A stretch of 63,575 bases of DNA, filler included, from Vannella sp. (lineage: Eukaryota), in NCBI GenBank assembly GCA_023345925.1. It is 6 parts of 6 records of this genome, joined end to end, with 100 filler letters (N's around TTAATTAATTAA, not from the genome) between each part and the next. Parts side by side here need not be neighbours in the genome. Positions count along the whole stretch, not along the records: positions 8,166 to 21,800 come from JAJQQN010001425.1; positions 21,901 to 41,954 come from JAJQQN010000381.1; 4 more parts are not named here. One strand, written 5' to 3'. The notes under the pieces were generated by a model. The model saw only the letters and a list, made by a program, of their open reading frames with translations, was not told where the DNA came from and did not search any database. Shown piece by piece: positions 10,625 through 22,099 of the stretch (position 1 is the first letter of the stretch; every line of letters starts with the position of its first letter). The translations under genes were made by a program, and so were the position numbers.

Positions 10625-13044
10625 ATGAGGTTCTTGCACTCAGTAGCACTCTGTGCCGTTATCATGCTCCTTGGCCGTAGTGAGGCATCTCTGATGGAAA
10701 AGGTGAACTTGTTAGTCGGAACTGCCGGTCATGGATATGGGAGCGGGGGAATACCTGTCGGTTCCCAAGTTCCTTTTGGCATGGTTCGCCTCTCACCAGA
10801 CTCTACGCTGACAGAGGAGATTTTCATTCCATGGACTCATACAGGAGGCTACCACTACAACGACACGCACATCCGCATGTTCTCTCACACTCATTGCGTG
10901 GGAGCAGGCGAGGTGAGTCTCCTCCCTCGCGCTGCAATGCCCTTTTGTTGACTGATTGGTATTAGTTAGACTATGGAACCATTGGTGTGATGCCTGCGAC
11001 AACCAAACCTCGACGTATCGGAACCAAGAACCTGGACCGCTACCCTTTTCTCCAAAGCTTCTCCCATGATGCAGAGACAGCAGAGCCCGGTTACTACTCA
11101 GTGGTGCTTCAAGAATCCTCCATTCTTGTAGAACTAACAAGCACGGCCAACGCTGGGATTCACCGATATACGTTCCCTTCCGGTACACCTGGCCGCTGGA
11201 TTATCTTCGACGTTGGCTACACCATCAAGTATCGAGGAGCAGCCGTGTCTCAAATCAGTATTGACAGCGAGACTCAAGAAGTGAGCGGCTATGTGCTCAA
11301 CATGGGAGAAATGTCTTCTCGCTTTGGGGGGATGACTGTCTACTTCTCTGCTCTGTTCAGTGAAAGCTTCACGCAATATGGCGCCTGGGATGACTCTGGA
11401 ATCTTTAAGGACGGCAAAAGCTTCGCCAATGGGACTGAAGCTGGAGGCTACATTGGCTTTCCTCCATCAGTTGGCTCAGCCGAAATGTATGTTGGTATCT
11501 CCTTTATCAGTGTGGAGCAGGCACGTGAAAATGTGAAGTCTCAACTACCATCTGCAACTCAAAGTTTGTCTTCCTTTGACTTGGTGAAGCAGCAGGCCCA
11601 AGCTCAGTGGGAAGCCCTTCTCGGCACAGTTGAGATTGTAAATGCTGGTCCGCTGGCCCAAGGTGATGATACTCTGACTGTTTTTTACACCGCACTCTAT
11701 CACACTTACCTTGCACCAACAACCTTCTCAGAATCCAACGGGCTTTATCTGGGGTTTGACGAACAAGTCCATACCCTGGCGGGAAGCCAAGAGGCCTATT
11801 ATACCGACCTGTCTTTGTGGGATACATTCCGCACGCAGTTTCCGTGGCTCGCACTATTCCAACCACGGATAATGTCTGATATTGCACAATCTTTAGTCTT
11901 GATGTTCGAACAAGGAGGAGATCTTCCAATGTGGCCGATGGCAAACGGCTATACCAATATCATGTTTGGCACTCCCTCTAACATCGTCCTAGCTGATTGT
12001 GTAGCCCATGGGTTGGATTTTGATTATGAAACGGCGTACAAGGGAATGTACCAAAGCGCCACTCAAAATCAAGCTCATGCAGGAAGGACAGACCTTGAGG
12101 ATTACCTGACTCTAGGCTACGTAGCATTTGAAAAGAGTGAAACCTCTGTCTGTGAGACTCTTTCCTACGCTTATGACGACTGGGGTGTCTCCTTAGTTGC
12201 TAAGCACCTTGGATATGAAGACGACTTTGAAACATTTTACAATCGCTCTTTCAACTACTTAACCCAATGGAGCGATAAGGAGCAGCTTATGTGCCCTCGC
12301 TACTCGAATGGAACATTCAGCTGTCCTCCCCGTCCTCTCAACCCAGCTGATAAACGATACGTGGAAGGAGACTCTTGGCATTACCGTTGGTTTGCACCTC
12401 AGCATGCCGACCTCTTACCCAACACATTCTCTTCGGTTTCTTACTACGTTGATCAATTGGAAGAGTTTTTCGCCATGAGCTTCAACGACACGCTGGCGCC
12501 GTTCAACATCCTGCCAAACCCGTACTATTGGGGGGGCAATGAGCACAACTTTTTTTCCGTCTATCAGTTTGCCTATGCCGGGCGAATTGACAGAACGCAG
12601 TACTGGATCCGAAGGCTGCTGGAGCGCAACTACCAGAATAGACCTGGTGGTTTGTCCGGAAATGACGACTACGGCGCACTCAGTAGCTGGGCCCTTTGGG
12701 GTTTCTTAGGGTTTGTCACCTCCTCCTCTTTGATGTACCCTCACTAACTGCCTGTGAACAGAATCTATCCAAGAGCAGGCGATGGCTCCTATGTGGCTGG
12801 TATACCGTACTTCCAGGAGGTTGTTGTCCATCGTGAGGGTGGGGACATCCGGTTTGTAGCGTACGATCTATCCGAAACAAACATTTACGTGGAGAAGATC
12901 CTTGTCAACGGGAAGACTCTCGTGCAGCCTTTCATTCAAATCAAACAACTTCAACAAGGTGCCACTATTGAGTTTTACCTCACCGCCACCCCTCACCCAA
13001 ACCCCTTCAGTCCACCCTCCCCAAGTTGGGGATCTGGAGTTTAG
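10625..13044 (+). CDS. Secreted GH92 alpha-1,2-mannosidase, 3 exons
   Basis: Signal peptide MRFLHSVALCAVIMLLG, then VPFGMVRLSPD, FSHTHCVGAG, SLWDTFRT, TLSYAYDDW, YVEGDSWHY, GNEH and GNDDYGALSSW. Introns near 10912-10968 and 12711-12761. Confidence 0.92.
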
Positions 13045-13176
13045 ATGGCGGGTCACAATAAACCAACAATGACTTGACATGGCATGGAAGAAAGGGGTGT
13101 TAGGACAAGGATTTCGTTTTAATGTGTTCCTAGGAGTGGATGAATGGGTGGATGGGTGATGTCTGTCCGTAACAAA

Positions 13177-16100
13177 CTAGAACTTATCTGTTGAAGAAGA
13201 CAAAGAGTCCTCTGGTCGATGCCGAGTAATCTCTCCAGAAGGGGGATTCAGTTTCTGTGAATCTTCGAGGCGTTGCTTCCGCTGGTAAGCTTCTGGGAAC
13301 AAGGCACGAACGATTTTGGCCACAACGTTTCGGGGCTTGCCGGTGGAGGGGAATTGATGCATGCGCACTCCTGGGCGCGAGTTGAGTTCAATGATTTTGA
13401 AGGGGTTGCCTTCTTCATTCCAAGGATGCACAATGGAATGGCAACGCACATCAACACCGCACACGTTCATCTGAACGGCTCGACACAGCTTTTCCATGAG
13501 GGCTTTGTTGACTTCTGGTGTGGCATCTGTTAAATCAACAGATACTCCGCCAGTGGAGAGGTTAGCCTTATCTCGGAGTAAAACCATTTGTCCAGCTTTT
13601 GGAACAGAGTTGAGCGTGAGTCCAGTGAAGAGAAGGACCCGAACGACTTCCGTATCAACGGTGATCTTGGTGAGTGGAGATGTGTGGCCCTCTTTTCGGA
13701 GCGGATTATCGTTCTCCAGCTCAATGAGTTCCAGAATGTTATGTCTCCCGTCTCCATAAACGTGTGCGGGAACTCGTTTGGAAACTGCAACCACTTTGTA
13801 GTCGACAACAAGGATTCGGAAGTCATCTCCATCAATGTGCTCTTGTACAATGAGACCAGGACTCTTCACCGCATGGAAGTAAGCCAAACGAGTGGCCTCT
13901 TCAAGCTCCATCGGAGTAGTAATGTTACAAGAAACTCCCCGTCCACTGCTTTCAGCCTCAGGCTTCACCACACAAGGATATCCCACACGGATGGCGGCCT
14001 GTTTAGCGAGCTCGATGAGTTCCTTTTCATACTCCTCGTCCGTTTCTCCCACAGCGGCACTTTCTGAGATCTTCATGGTCTTGCCGAACTCCTTCAGCTC
14101 AAGAGGCGTCTTGCCGTGAAGCTCGGCGTATCGCTCCTGGAGCTTAACAGTGTCAATTCTGTCCGGATTTCCTTTGCGCTCAATAGGAATCATCACAGAC
14201 TTGGGAACAGGATAGCCACAATAGGCCAGAATGTCGTACGAGACACTCTTTTGATCAGAAATCCAAATGGCCACGCCAGATGTCAAAGGAATCATCGATT
14301 GCTTGATGAGATGGAACTTGTTCTTGTAGGAAAGGCGAGTGATGCCAAAGTGAGGAGAAACGTTCTCAACAGTGATTCCCACTTTCTTCGCTTCTTCAGC
14401 AAGCAAATCGCTGGTGATCGTGTAGTCCTTGGTCTTGCCCAGAGAATAGGGTCTCAAGGAGTGGAAGTACGAAGGAGGCTGCTCGTAAGAGGCAAGGTCG
14501 ACCACCTGCTTCTTGATTGATTCTTTGAGTCGAGAACCCTCTGGCACAGTACTTGCTGAAACAGCCTTCTGATGGGCAATGCGGTTTCGCAACTTGTCTC
14601 GTCCGAGATTGCTTCGATGGCCGATGAGATATCGCTCAAGGAAGAGAATCATCACGTGCGCGTGAGCGGTGTTCACCTCTTGACTCTCAAAGACATGCCC
14701 TTCAGAGCCTGCAACAAAGGTCCAGATTCCAGAACTGTCCGTGCTCTCTGTGTCCGACTTACGATCGCGCTGAGTCTTCAACGCGTTCACCATCGACTCA
14801 AACTCAGAGAAGGGAACCCGGGAGTCGTTCACACCGTGAGCGAGGAGAACAGGTTGGTGGATCTTCTCGGCAGAGTTGAGAGGGGAGATGTGGTCAATGA
14901 ACTCCTTCACTTCGGGATCGCGCTCATCTCCGTACTCTCGGCGGCGAAGGTCAGCACGGTAGGGCGCAGTGTGGCTGAGGAAGTTGAAGAAAGAAGTGAT
15001 TCCGCAAGTCTCCATTCCACAAACCAACTGGGGGAAGGCGATCAACGAGGCCAAAGTAAGGAAACCGCCGTACGAGCGCCCCATCACCGCGATGCGTTTG
15101 CTGTCCAGTTCAGGTTGTTCTTCAGCCCAACGGATGACGCTACCTACATCGCTGATACTGTCCTCACGCTTCAATCCGTCATCAGAGGTGATGTACTTGC
15201 GCCCATATCCAGTGGACCCACGGACGTTGGGGGCGAGCACAGCCACTCCCATCTCACAACACAACTGGAAGGAAAGAGCGTGGTTATGAGGAGTGAAGCC
15301 AGGGGTGAACTGCTTGGCGGGTCCTCCGTGTAAGAAGATAACGACTGGGAGCTTCTTCTTCTTGGGTGTCTCTGAGGACGACGCATTGCTGGAGGTTCTC
15401 TTCCTCTTCGGACAGATGGGTGGTAAGGGAGGACGATAGTAGAAGATGGGGATCTTGAAGTTGCTGTCATGGCTCTCCGTGTGGTGAAGAGAAGGAACAA
15501 CGATGTTGCTTCTTTTGACGCCTCCTAGCTCGGAGAAGGTCCACTGTTGTACGATCCGCGTTACCTCATTGTAAGTGTAAACATCAGAAGGGCGAATGGT
15601 GCTCTCGTAAGAGAAACCAAGCATGTGACCGGTGTCGTCATACTGAAGGTGCGAGATGAGGCCAGGCTTGATCAACTCCTCTTTCCGATAGGAGAACTTG
15701 GTCTCTCCGTTGCGAGGGGACTCCGTGATCGAATCATCAAGGTCGTTGTCAAGGCCGAACTGGGCGGACTCGACCTTGAGCATGTAGAGGGCTGAGGCAC
15801 CCTCCAAGCTGGCAACAAAAGCAACAGACTTTCCATTAGGTGAGACAGAGATACAAGTGATGTCGCCATCGATCGCGTCCCCGCGGATAACAGAAGGGCG
15901 CTTAATGCCAGGGGTGGTGATGGCAAAGTCCTGTCCAGACAAGAGATCGTAGTAACGCAAGGAAAGGTATCCACCCTCAACATCAGAAGTGTAGAAGACT
16001 CCCTGTCCACTGGCAGAGAAGCAGGCCTTGCCCACGGCGTACTCGCCAGGTTTCCCCGTCTTGCCAACGGGCAGTAGAGTCAACTCTTCCGTATCCAGAC

Positions 16101-16833
16101 GAAGTAAGAAGATACGAGAATCAACCACAAGCTTGTAGAAGAGCACAAGTAGGTACGCTCCGTCTTGAGAGAACTCCAAAGGAGTCCAAAGTCCGCTTTT
16201 GAACTCTGGCTCTGTGGGGGCCTGGAGGATGGTTTTGAAGAGGGTAGGTTCGTTGACGTTACTCATGATAATGTCATACTCGTGCCCGTTACGGCGAGTG
16301 GTGGAGTAGGCGAAGTGTGAACCATCAACGGTGAAGACAGGAAGCCCGTTACGGCTCTCTCCGTCTGATATCAGCTCGTACTCCTCATCAGTGGAGCGTT
16401 CAAGGTTAACGCGAACGATTTGGAACCGCTCGTTACCTTCCGTGTCCACTTGAAGGTAGAGCATGGGGGATTCGACTCCCTTGGCCTTGGTGCAAGCCAA
16501 GATGGGGTCTTGTAAGAAGGTGAGTTGACGACGGTAGCCTCCGGGATGAGAGACGCGGTGGACTTGGCGGTTAGAGAAGTTCGTGAGAATGATTGCGGAA
16601 GAGCCCTTCCAACACTGCAGAGTGGCCTGACGAGAAGACTTGTACTTCTGATGAGCAGAGACGATGCGAGAGGGGATGGGAGGGACGTTGTCACTGGCTT
16701 TGATCTCTGGCACGTGGGCATCTTCGTCAGAGGAAGAATCTTCTTCGAGATCCAGTAGGGCCTCCAGTACCTCATCATCGTGTGCGAACTTCTTTCGCAT
16801 GCCGTAAGCCGGGCTGTGGTGTGTGTGAGGCAT
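13177..16833 (-). CDS. Fusion: S9 (prolyl oligopeptidase family) peptidase plus a cyanophycin-synthetase/GshF-type ATP-grasp ligase domain
   Basis: Beta-propeller repeats, LHGGP, PNVRGSTGYG, catalytic triad GRSYGG / NDSRV / EGH. Then VVKPEAESSGRGVS, IVQEHIDGDDFRILVV, RVPAHVYGDG, ANLSTGG, GVDV and IIELNSRPGVRMHQFPSTGKPRNV. One uninterrupted ORF. Confidence 0.9.
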   Translation of the reverse strand: MPHTHHSPAYGMRKKFAHDDEVLEALLDLEEDSSSDEDAHVPEIKASDNVPPIPSRIVSAHQKYKSSRQATLQCWKGSSAIILTNFSNRQVHRVSHPGGYRRQLTFLQDPILACTKAKGVESPMLYLQVDTEGNERFQIVRVNLERSTDEEYELISDGESRNGLPVFTVDGSHFAYSTTRRNGHEYDIIMSNVNEPTLFKTILQAPTEPEFKSGLWTPLEFSQDGAYLLVLFYKLVVDSRIFLLRLDTEELTLLPVGKTGKPGEYAVGKACFSASGQGVFYTSDVEGGYLSLRYYDLLSGQDFAITTPGIKRPSVIRGDAIDGDITCISVSPNGKSVAFVASLEGASALYMLKVESAQFGLDNDLDDSITESPRNGETKFSYRKEELIKPGLISHLQYDDTGHMLGFSYESTIRPSDVYTYNEVTRIVQQWTFSELGGVKRSNIVVPSLHHTESHDSNFKIPIFYYRPPLPPICPKRKRTSSNASSSETPKKKKLPVVIFLHGGPAKQFTPGFTPHNHALSFQLCCEMGVAVLAPNVRGSTGYGRKYITSDDGLKREDSISDVGSVIRWAEEQPELDSKRIAVMGRSYGGFLTLASLIAFPQLVCGMETCGITSFFNFLSHTAPYRADLRRREYGDERDPEVKEFIDHISPLNSAEKIHQPVLLAHGVNDSRVPFSEFESMVNALKTQRDRKSDTESTDSSGIWTFVAGSEGHVFESQEVNTAHAHVMILFLERYLIGHRSNLGRDKLRNRIAHQKAVSASTVPEGSRLKESIKKQVVDLASYEQPPSYFHSLRPYSLGKTKDYTITSDLLAEEAKKVGITVENVSPHFGITRLSYKNKFHLIKQSMIPLTSGVAIWISDQKSVSYDILAYCGYPVPKSVMIPIERKGNPDRIDTVKLQERYAELHGKTPLELKEFGKTMKISESAAVGETDEEYEKELIELAKQAAIRVGYPCVVKPEAESSGRGVSCNITTPMELEEATRLAYFHAVKSPGLIVQEHIDGDDFRILVVDYKVVAVSKRVPAHVYGDGRHNILELIELENDNPLRKEGHTSPLTKITVDTEVVRVLLFTGLTLNSVPKAGQMVLLRDKANLSTGGVSVDLTDATPEVNKALMEKLCRAVQMNVCGVDVRCHSIVHPWNEEGNPFKIIELNSRPGVRMHQFPSTGKPRNVVAKIVRALFPEAYQRKQRLEDSQKLNPPSGEITRHRPEDSLSSSTDKF

Positions 16834-17284
16834 GGCACCAGCACGAAAGTGATCGAAGACCAACGAACTGAAGCCAGACTTTGAGCCAATCAAAAGCCAG
16901 CATACTGTCTCTTCAAAGAATCAAGTTTTCGTTATCGTAGCTTAAGCACCCTCGCCAGTGATTCTTATTGTTAAGGTGAATTAAATCGCTAAAATTAAAG
17001 AAAACCCCGATTTCGTCTCCCGAAGGACTTGGTTTGGGAGAAGGGAGATTCACCGCCCACTAAACCCGTCCGCTGGCCTCTGTTGATAAGTGCTTCTGAA
17101 TTCGAGGGGCATCAACGAAGAACTGTCTGGAACCCTACACCTTCGCTCATGGGCGCCCTCTTCTGGTCCCATCTCTCGAAGTTGCAGTTCTCCGATTTGC
17201 TCTTGGAAGAGAGATACAAGTGCAAATGTGAATGTTAGACTCCCTTTCTTCGGTATTGGGCACCAATACAAGCAGAAGGTCAAT

Positions 17285-20039
17285 TTAAATGGGAATGGCG
17301 CCATAAGATAGGGCAGAAGTCTGTTCAGCAGTTTCTTGATTCTGTTTGTCCTGGAGGAACAACACAGCCGAATCCACAGTCAAATGGAAGTGCGAAATAG
17401 GAACATATTTGAGCAGTCGAGCTGTTGCCATACTACGGATGTGTGACTCTCGCAGATGAGCAAAGCAGATTAGAACTTGGTTTCTCTTGAAAGATTCAAA
17501 CATGTCATCAAACGCGGCAAGCGCACTGCATCAGAGTGTTAGTTAATTATTGCAGGAGATACACAACATACTTGGCATCAATTTTAGGGATATTCCGGGC
17601 ATCGATAATGAGTCCCGTGATGGCTTTCGTTTTTCGGGAAGAGCGGCTCAAAGAGACTGACAAGGAGGATGTTTCAATTAGAACAAAGGCACTCTCAGGT
17701 AGTGCATGGAGTTAATCTTACCAATGCGGTTGATCATACGGATAAGTTGTTCAATGTTACCAAAGTAGAGTGATTCGTTGATTCGGATGACGAGAATACC
17801 CTGAGTCCCTTTCAGTGCTCGGTCGCTTGTTGGGGAGAGATGGTGCAAATCATACCGAAAAGGTCTTGGCATCCTTGAATACGCGAACATCTCGCCATTT
17901 GTTGTCCTGAGTCTGTCCAAGAATCTCAACATGAGGGATTGTGGTGTGCTTCACCACAAGAAAGATGGAGATGCTGATGGCAATGATAATTCCCAATTCA
18001 GCGCCCAAAAAGAAGGTGGCCACAAGAGTGATCAATGTCAATGCAATCTCGGTTGCTGCTCCGACTTGAAACAGGAAGCCCAAATGCAGCCCAATCAACT
18101 TGTAGGCCGCAGCGATCACAATTGCGGCAATCGCGCTTTTGGGGAGATAGTGAAGTAAAGGAAGCTGAGAAATGTGAGCAGGCACATAAATGAGTACAGG
18201 TAGTACGTACCAACCACACAGCAAAAATGATAACAACTGTTGAAGTAATCAGACCAAACTACGAGCTTATAAGATAAAGAGAATAATTGCGTTGGAATGG
18301 TCCTACTAGGGGTGTCTTGGATCCAGCAGCGTCAGCGATTGCAGTTCGAGACAAACTGCCATAAGCCGGAAACGACCCAAAGAAGGACTATTGGAGGTGA
18401 GCTCTTAAACGATCCAGGTGGGAATGGACATACTCCAATAACATTGGCTGCACCAAATGCGACAAGTTCGCGATTGGCTGAGATTTCGTATCCATTCTTC
18501 ATGGCACACTTCTTTGAGACTGCGTTGGACTCCACGAAGCCAACCACAGCTATCATGAAAGACTCCAAAATAAGATCTCGAATAACTTCTGCGTTCCAGA
18601 AATTGGGAACAACCGGAATAGGGAATCCTCCTTTCACATCACCCTATCGCTGAGTGAGTGATCCGATTCTAGAGTAAATGGCGATTTGATTACGAACCAA
18701 GATAGCTACTTTTTGGTCTACGCTCCAGCCAGTATAGTAAACGACCAGAGTTGACCCTATGACAATAAACAGGGCCATTGGAACAAACTTGACGATCGGA
18801 ATGTACTTGCCAATCCGGCTTTTGACCTCGTCGTATGCCAGAATGATGGCCAAGCTTACGGCACCGATACCAAAAGAGTAATAATTGGTTTTGCTGATGT
18901 TTTGAAAGACGGCAATGAGCTTTCTCCATTCTGATTGGGGAACTTTGAATCCCAATAACTTGTCCAATTGGCCGATTAAGATAATACACGCAGCGGCAGA
19001 CACATATCCATGAAGAATAGGTCTAGAAAGTAAATTCTCCAGGAATCCTACTTTCACTAGGCCAAGAATCAGGCTGATGAATCCAACTCTGTCCCGTTCC
19101 CGAGTCATTGACAAGCTTAGGTCAAGTCAAAGCAGGACCTACAGGATACAAAGAGTCGCTGCCCGAGGAACGGTGTACTCAAAAAGACTAACAGGACCGC
19201 CTTCTTCATATCCAATGGATAACGCGGTGCCTGTGAGCAGGGCCACAAGACCTCCTGGACCCACAGCGAGTTGGCGAGAAGTTCCCATTAGAAAGTAGAT
19301 GATCATTGGCATCTAATACACCGGAGTTAGGCTGCCCTCTATCGTAAATGAGGCGCTCACCCAAGAAGAGTAAAGGCCATACTGAGGAGGAAGGTGGGCA
19401 ACCGAAGCATACGCTTCAAGAACCATCACTAAGTACGCTTCTGGTATACACAGAGAAACCTACCAATGCATTGAGGGATAGCTATCGCAGCGACGGTGAA
19501 TCCTGCAATGAGGTCATGGACTATCCCTGAAAGTGAGAGGCCAGTCGAGTAAAGAGGATTCAGACGTACACAACCACCTCCATTGATAACGAGGGATCCA
19601 TTGAGTGGCAGGGATGAAATAGGCGGCTTTTCGGATGCCGGTAAGAACTTTGCTGCATCCATTCTCCCGAATGTCTGAAACGTGTGAGGGCTTGCACAGC
19701 AATGGGTCGTTCCCATTCACCTGATAGAGACGGAAGGCATGACCGGGGAGCGCGACGAGGAACGGCTGAGTAGTTCTTATACTTGCGGTTGGGAGAAAGA
19801 TGTTGCTGTTGGCGTTGCTTTTCGAGTCGGTCATCGAGAAGGTCGCCGGCTTCCGATGCATCCTTGGGGGACTCGTCGTCAGACCCTGAATGCCAGCCTT
19901 GGTCATCACCCTCTTCGAGCCAGTCTTCGTTCCCCTCCAGGAGTTCGTCGGGTTCCTCAAAAGAGACCATTTCCGTCTCACTTTCCGCATTCGAGAGGAA
20001 AGGAGAGTACTTCTGCAACCACGCTCGCGAGTTGAACAT
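17285..20039 (-). CDS. SulP/SLC26 anion (sulfate) transporter with STAS domain, multi-exon
   Basis: DLIAGFTVAAIAIPQ, GTSRQLAVGP, LSRPILHGYVSAAA, ANRELVAFGAAN and STAS IRINESLYFGN, spread over many short exons. Confidence 0.9.
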
Positions 20040-20250
20040 GGCCGATCAGCCGCGAAGCAGAAGAGAAATGAACGCCCTCCGAGTGTCCAAGGAGCATTCT
20101 GTCGGAAAGGAGCCGAGATTCTCACGAACCAGAAACTTCCAAAGAAGTTTCGGCATTGATGACGTATTTGTGACGCTTCATTGCTCATTACAAATGGGTG
20201 ACGAATTGAGACAGTTTTAGTTGTTTGTTGCACTTTCAGCGTTTAAAGCT

Positions 20251-20307
20251 CCAAGTGCCCTCAGAGATGAACGCATTTTGTTTCCGTTCACCTCTTCATA
20301 GGGCTGG
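20251..20307 (-). promoter_or_regulatory. Eukaryotic SECIS element in the SelO 3' UTR
   Basis: Minus strand reads CCAGCCCU-AUGAA-GAGGUGAACG-GAAACAAAAUG-CGUUCAUCUC-UGAG-GGCACUUGG. This gives the AUGA..GA quartet, a 10-bp helix II (one G-U pair) and an apical AAA. Confidence 0.9.
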
Positions 20308-20363
20308 AATGTTGGGTGAAAGAGTGTTGCTATTGCGAGACAAAGCTTGTAAAGACCTTGTCT

Positions 20364-21800
20364 CTACGAAGATCAGGTCATGAAAGCTGTACCCCCTAGC
20401 CCAACACCTTCATAGATCTCGAGAGGGGCTTTGCGGAAGAACTTGAGGTGGGTTTCTTGGGAGAGTTCAGCATAAGGCGTCAGGAAGATGTTTTGCAACT
20501 CAAGAAGTGCAGTATAGTCTCCTTTTGCAGCCTCTGAGTAGGCTTGAACCAGCATCCATTCACGAGGCACGTACTTGGGATTGACACTTTGCATGTTTTG
20601 GGCGATTTGTTTTGGAGTTGTTTGCTCCTTGCCTTGGTCTTGCATGCATAGAATCCAGTTTTCCAACCACCTCTTCAAACCTTCTCGAGATGCAGGTGTG
20701 AGTGGCTTATAGAATGAGTCTGCAAGGCTGTCAATCATCTCCTCAGAACAACTCCCACTCTCCAGCAAAGATTCCGAAAGATAGCTCAGGCCCCGGAAGA
20801 AAAGGGTGTAGTCAGCTTGAAGCAGACTCATGATTTCCAAAAGATTTTGAATCAAAGAGTTCGCAGAAGGGCTAGAGAGAGGAGTTTGGAGTCCCAGTTT
20901 CTCGCCCCAAACTCTCATGAGTGCCTCTTGGGCTTTCTCTTCGTGTTGGTCAGCGATCTCAGCTGCTTGAGATTGTCCTGAAAGGTCCAGTAAAGGTTGA
21001 ACTGCTTTGCAAAGACTTGTAAAGTTCTTCGCTCCGGCAGCAGGCTGGTTTAGAAAACCATAGTGTTCCCCACCACCACTCCACATGTTCCAGAGAGGTT
21101 CAAACTTCTCAATGAACCCGAAAGGTCCATAGTCCATAGTGCGCCCAGCAACTAAGCAGTTGTCTGAGTTAAAGTTGCCTTGACAAAAGCCCACTCGAAT
21201 CCATTGGGCTGTTAAGCGGGACATTCGCTCAGAACATTCGCGTAGCATCTGCAAGATTTTTTCTTGAAGAGATGCGCCATCCAGATGAGGAAACTCCCGA
21301 AACAGCGTGTGTTCAACGATTTGTTGGAGCTCTCCAACCCGTTGCGAGTCCTGGCGGGCGCGTCGCTCGAAGAGTTGTAAATGCCCGACTCGAATAAAGG
21401 AAGGAGATACGCGACAAGTCATTGCCGCAGGATTGGTGACCATCTCATTGGGCTGCTGGAGTTGCGCCTTAATCTGAGCCATCAAATACTGTCGATAATC
21501 GGCAGGCATCGCGGCAAGCTGTCGCTCTGCATCTGGGGGTAGACTACGAACGTTCTGAGGGTTATACCAAGGTCGCTTAACAGTTTCAGTGCCGGAAACA
21601 GTGAGGGAGAGTGCGCGGGTGGTGGAAACTCCGAGGTGGAACATCGCTTCAGACACAAGGAACTCGCGAATGCTGGATCTTAAGACAGCTCGCCCATCTG
21701 CACCGCGACAGAAGGGTGTAGGGCCAGCTCCCTTCAGCTGGAACTCCCAGCGATGTCCGGTGGGAAGACTCACCTCTCCAATGGAGATAGCGCGTCCGTC
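20364..21800 (-). CDS. SELENOO: Selenoprotein O (SelO/YdiU protein adenylyltransferase), 5'-truncated by the contig end, Sec codon at 20373-20375
   Basis: DGRAIS.GE, QLKGAGPTPFCRGADGRAVLRSSIREFL, SFIRVG, GFCQGNFNSDN, DYGPFGF and NPKYVPREW. Ends ACC TGA TCT TCG TAG (T-U-S-S-stop), with a SECIS downstream. Confidence 0.93.
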
Positions 21801-21900
21801 NNNNNNNNNNNNNNNNNNNNNNNNNNNNNNNNNNNNNNNNNNNNTTAATTAATTAANNNNNNNNNNNNNNNNNNNNNNNNNNNNNNNNNNNNNNNNNNNN
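21801..21900. other. Artificial contig spacer
   Basis: 44 N, TTAATTAATTAA, 44 N. Confidence 0.98.
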
Positions 21901-22099
21901 AGGTGGTCGTACTCTCGGACACTGCGCCGCAAGGATCCAACGTGCAGCAGAAGCAGAGCTGCGCCGAAACATGGGCGTAAGAAAAAATGACCTGACACGA
22001 GCACTTCTTTTTCTGGACTCTTCCCCACACAAAATTTGCTTCAACTTTTTCACTTTCTTGTAACTGTACAATGAGTATTCACTCGTCTCCTGGCACCAA

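Noticed and set aside
13177..14460. Calling the gene a true cyanophycin synthetase (cphA)
   Set aside because: Only the ATP-grasp module is present. The N domain and the Mur-ligase-like domain needed for Arg addition are missing, and no cyanophycinase is visible.
14572..15333. Long antisense ORFs (e.g. 14572..15333, 1717..2298, 3220..3819)
   Set aside because: They lie opposite well-supported genes, show no recognisable motifs, and are expected shadows of codon bias.
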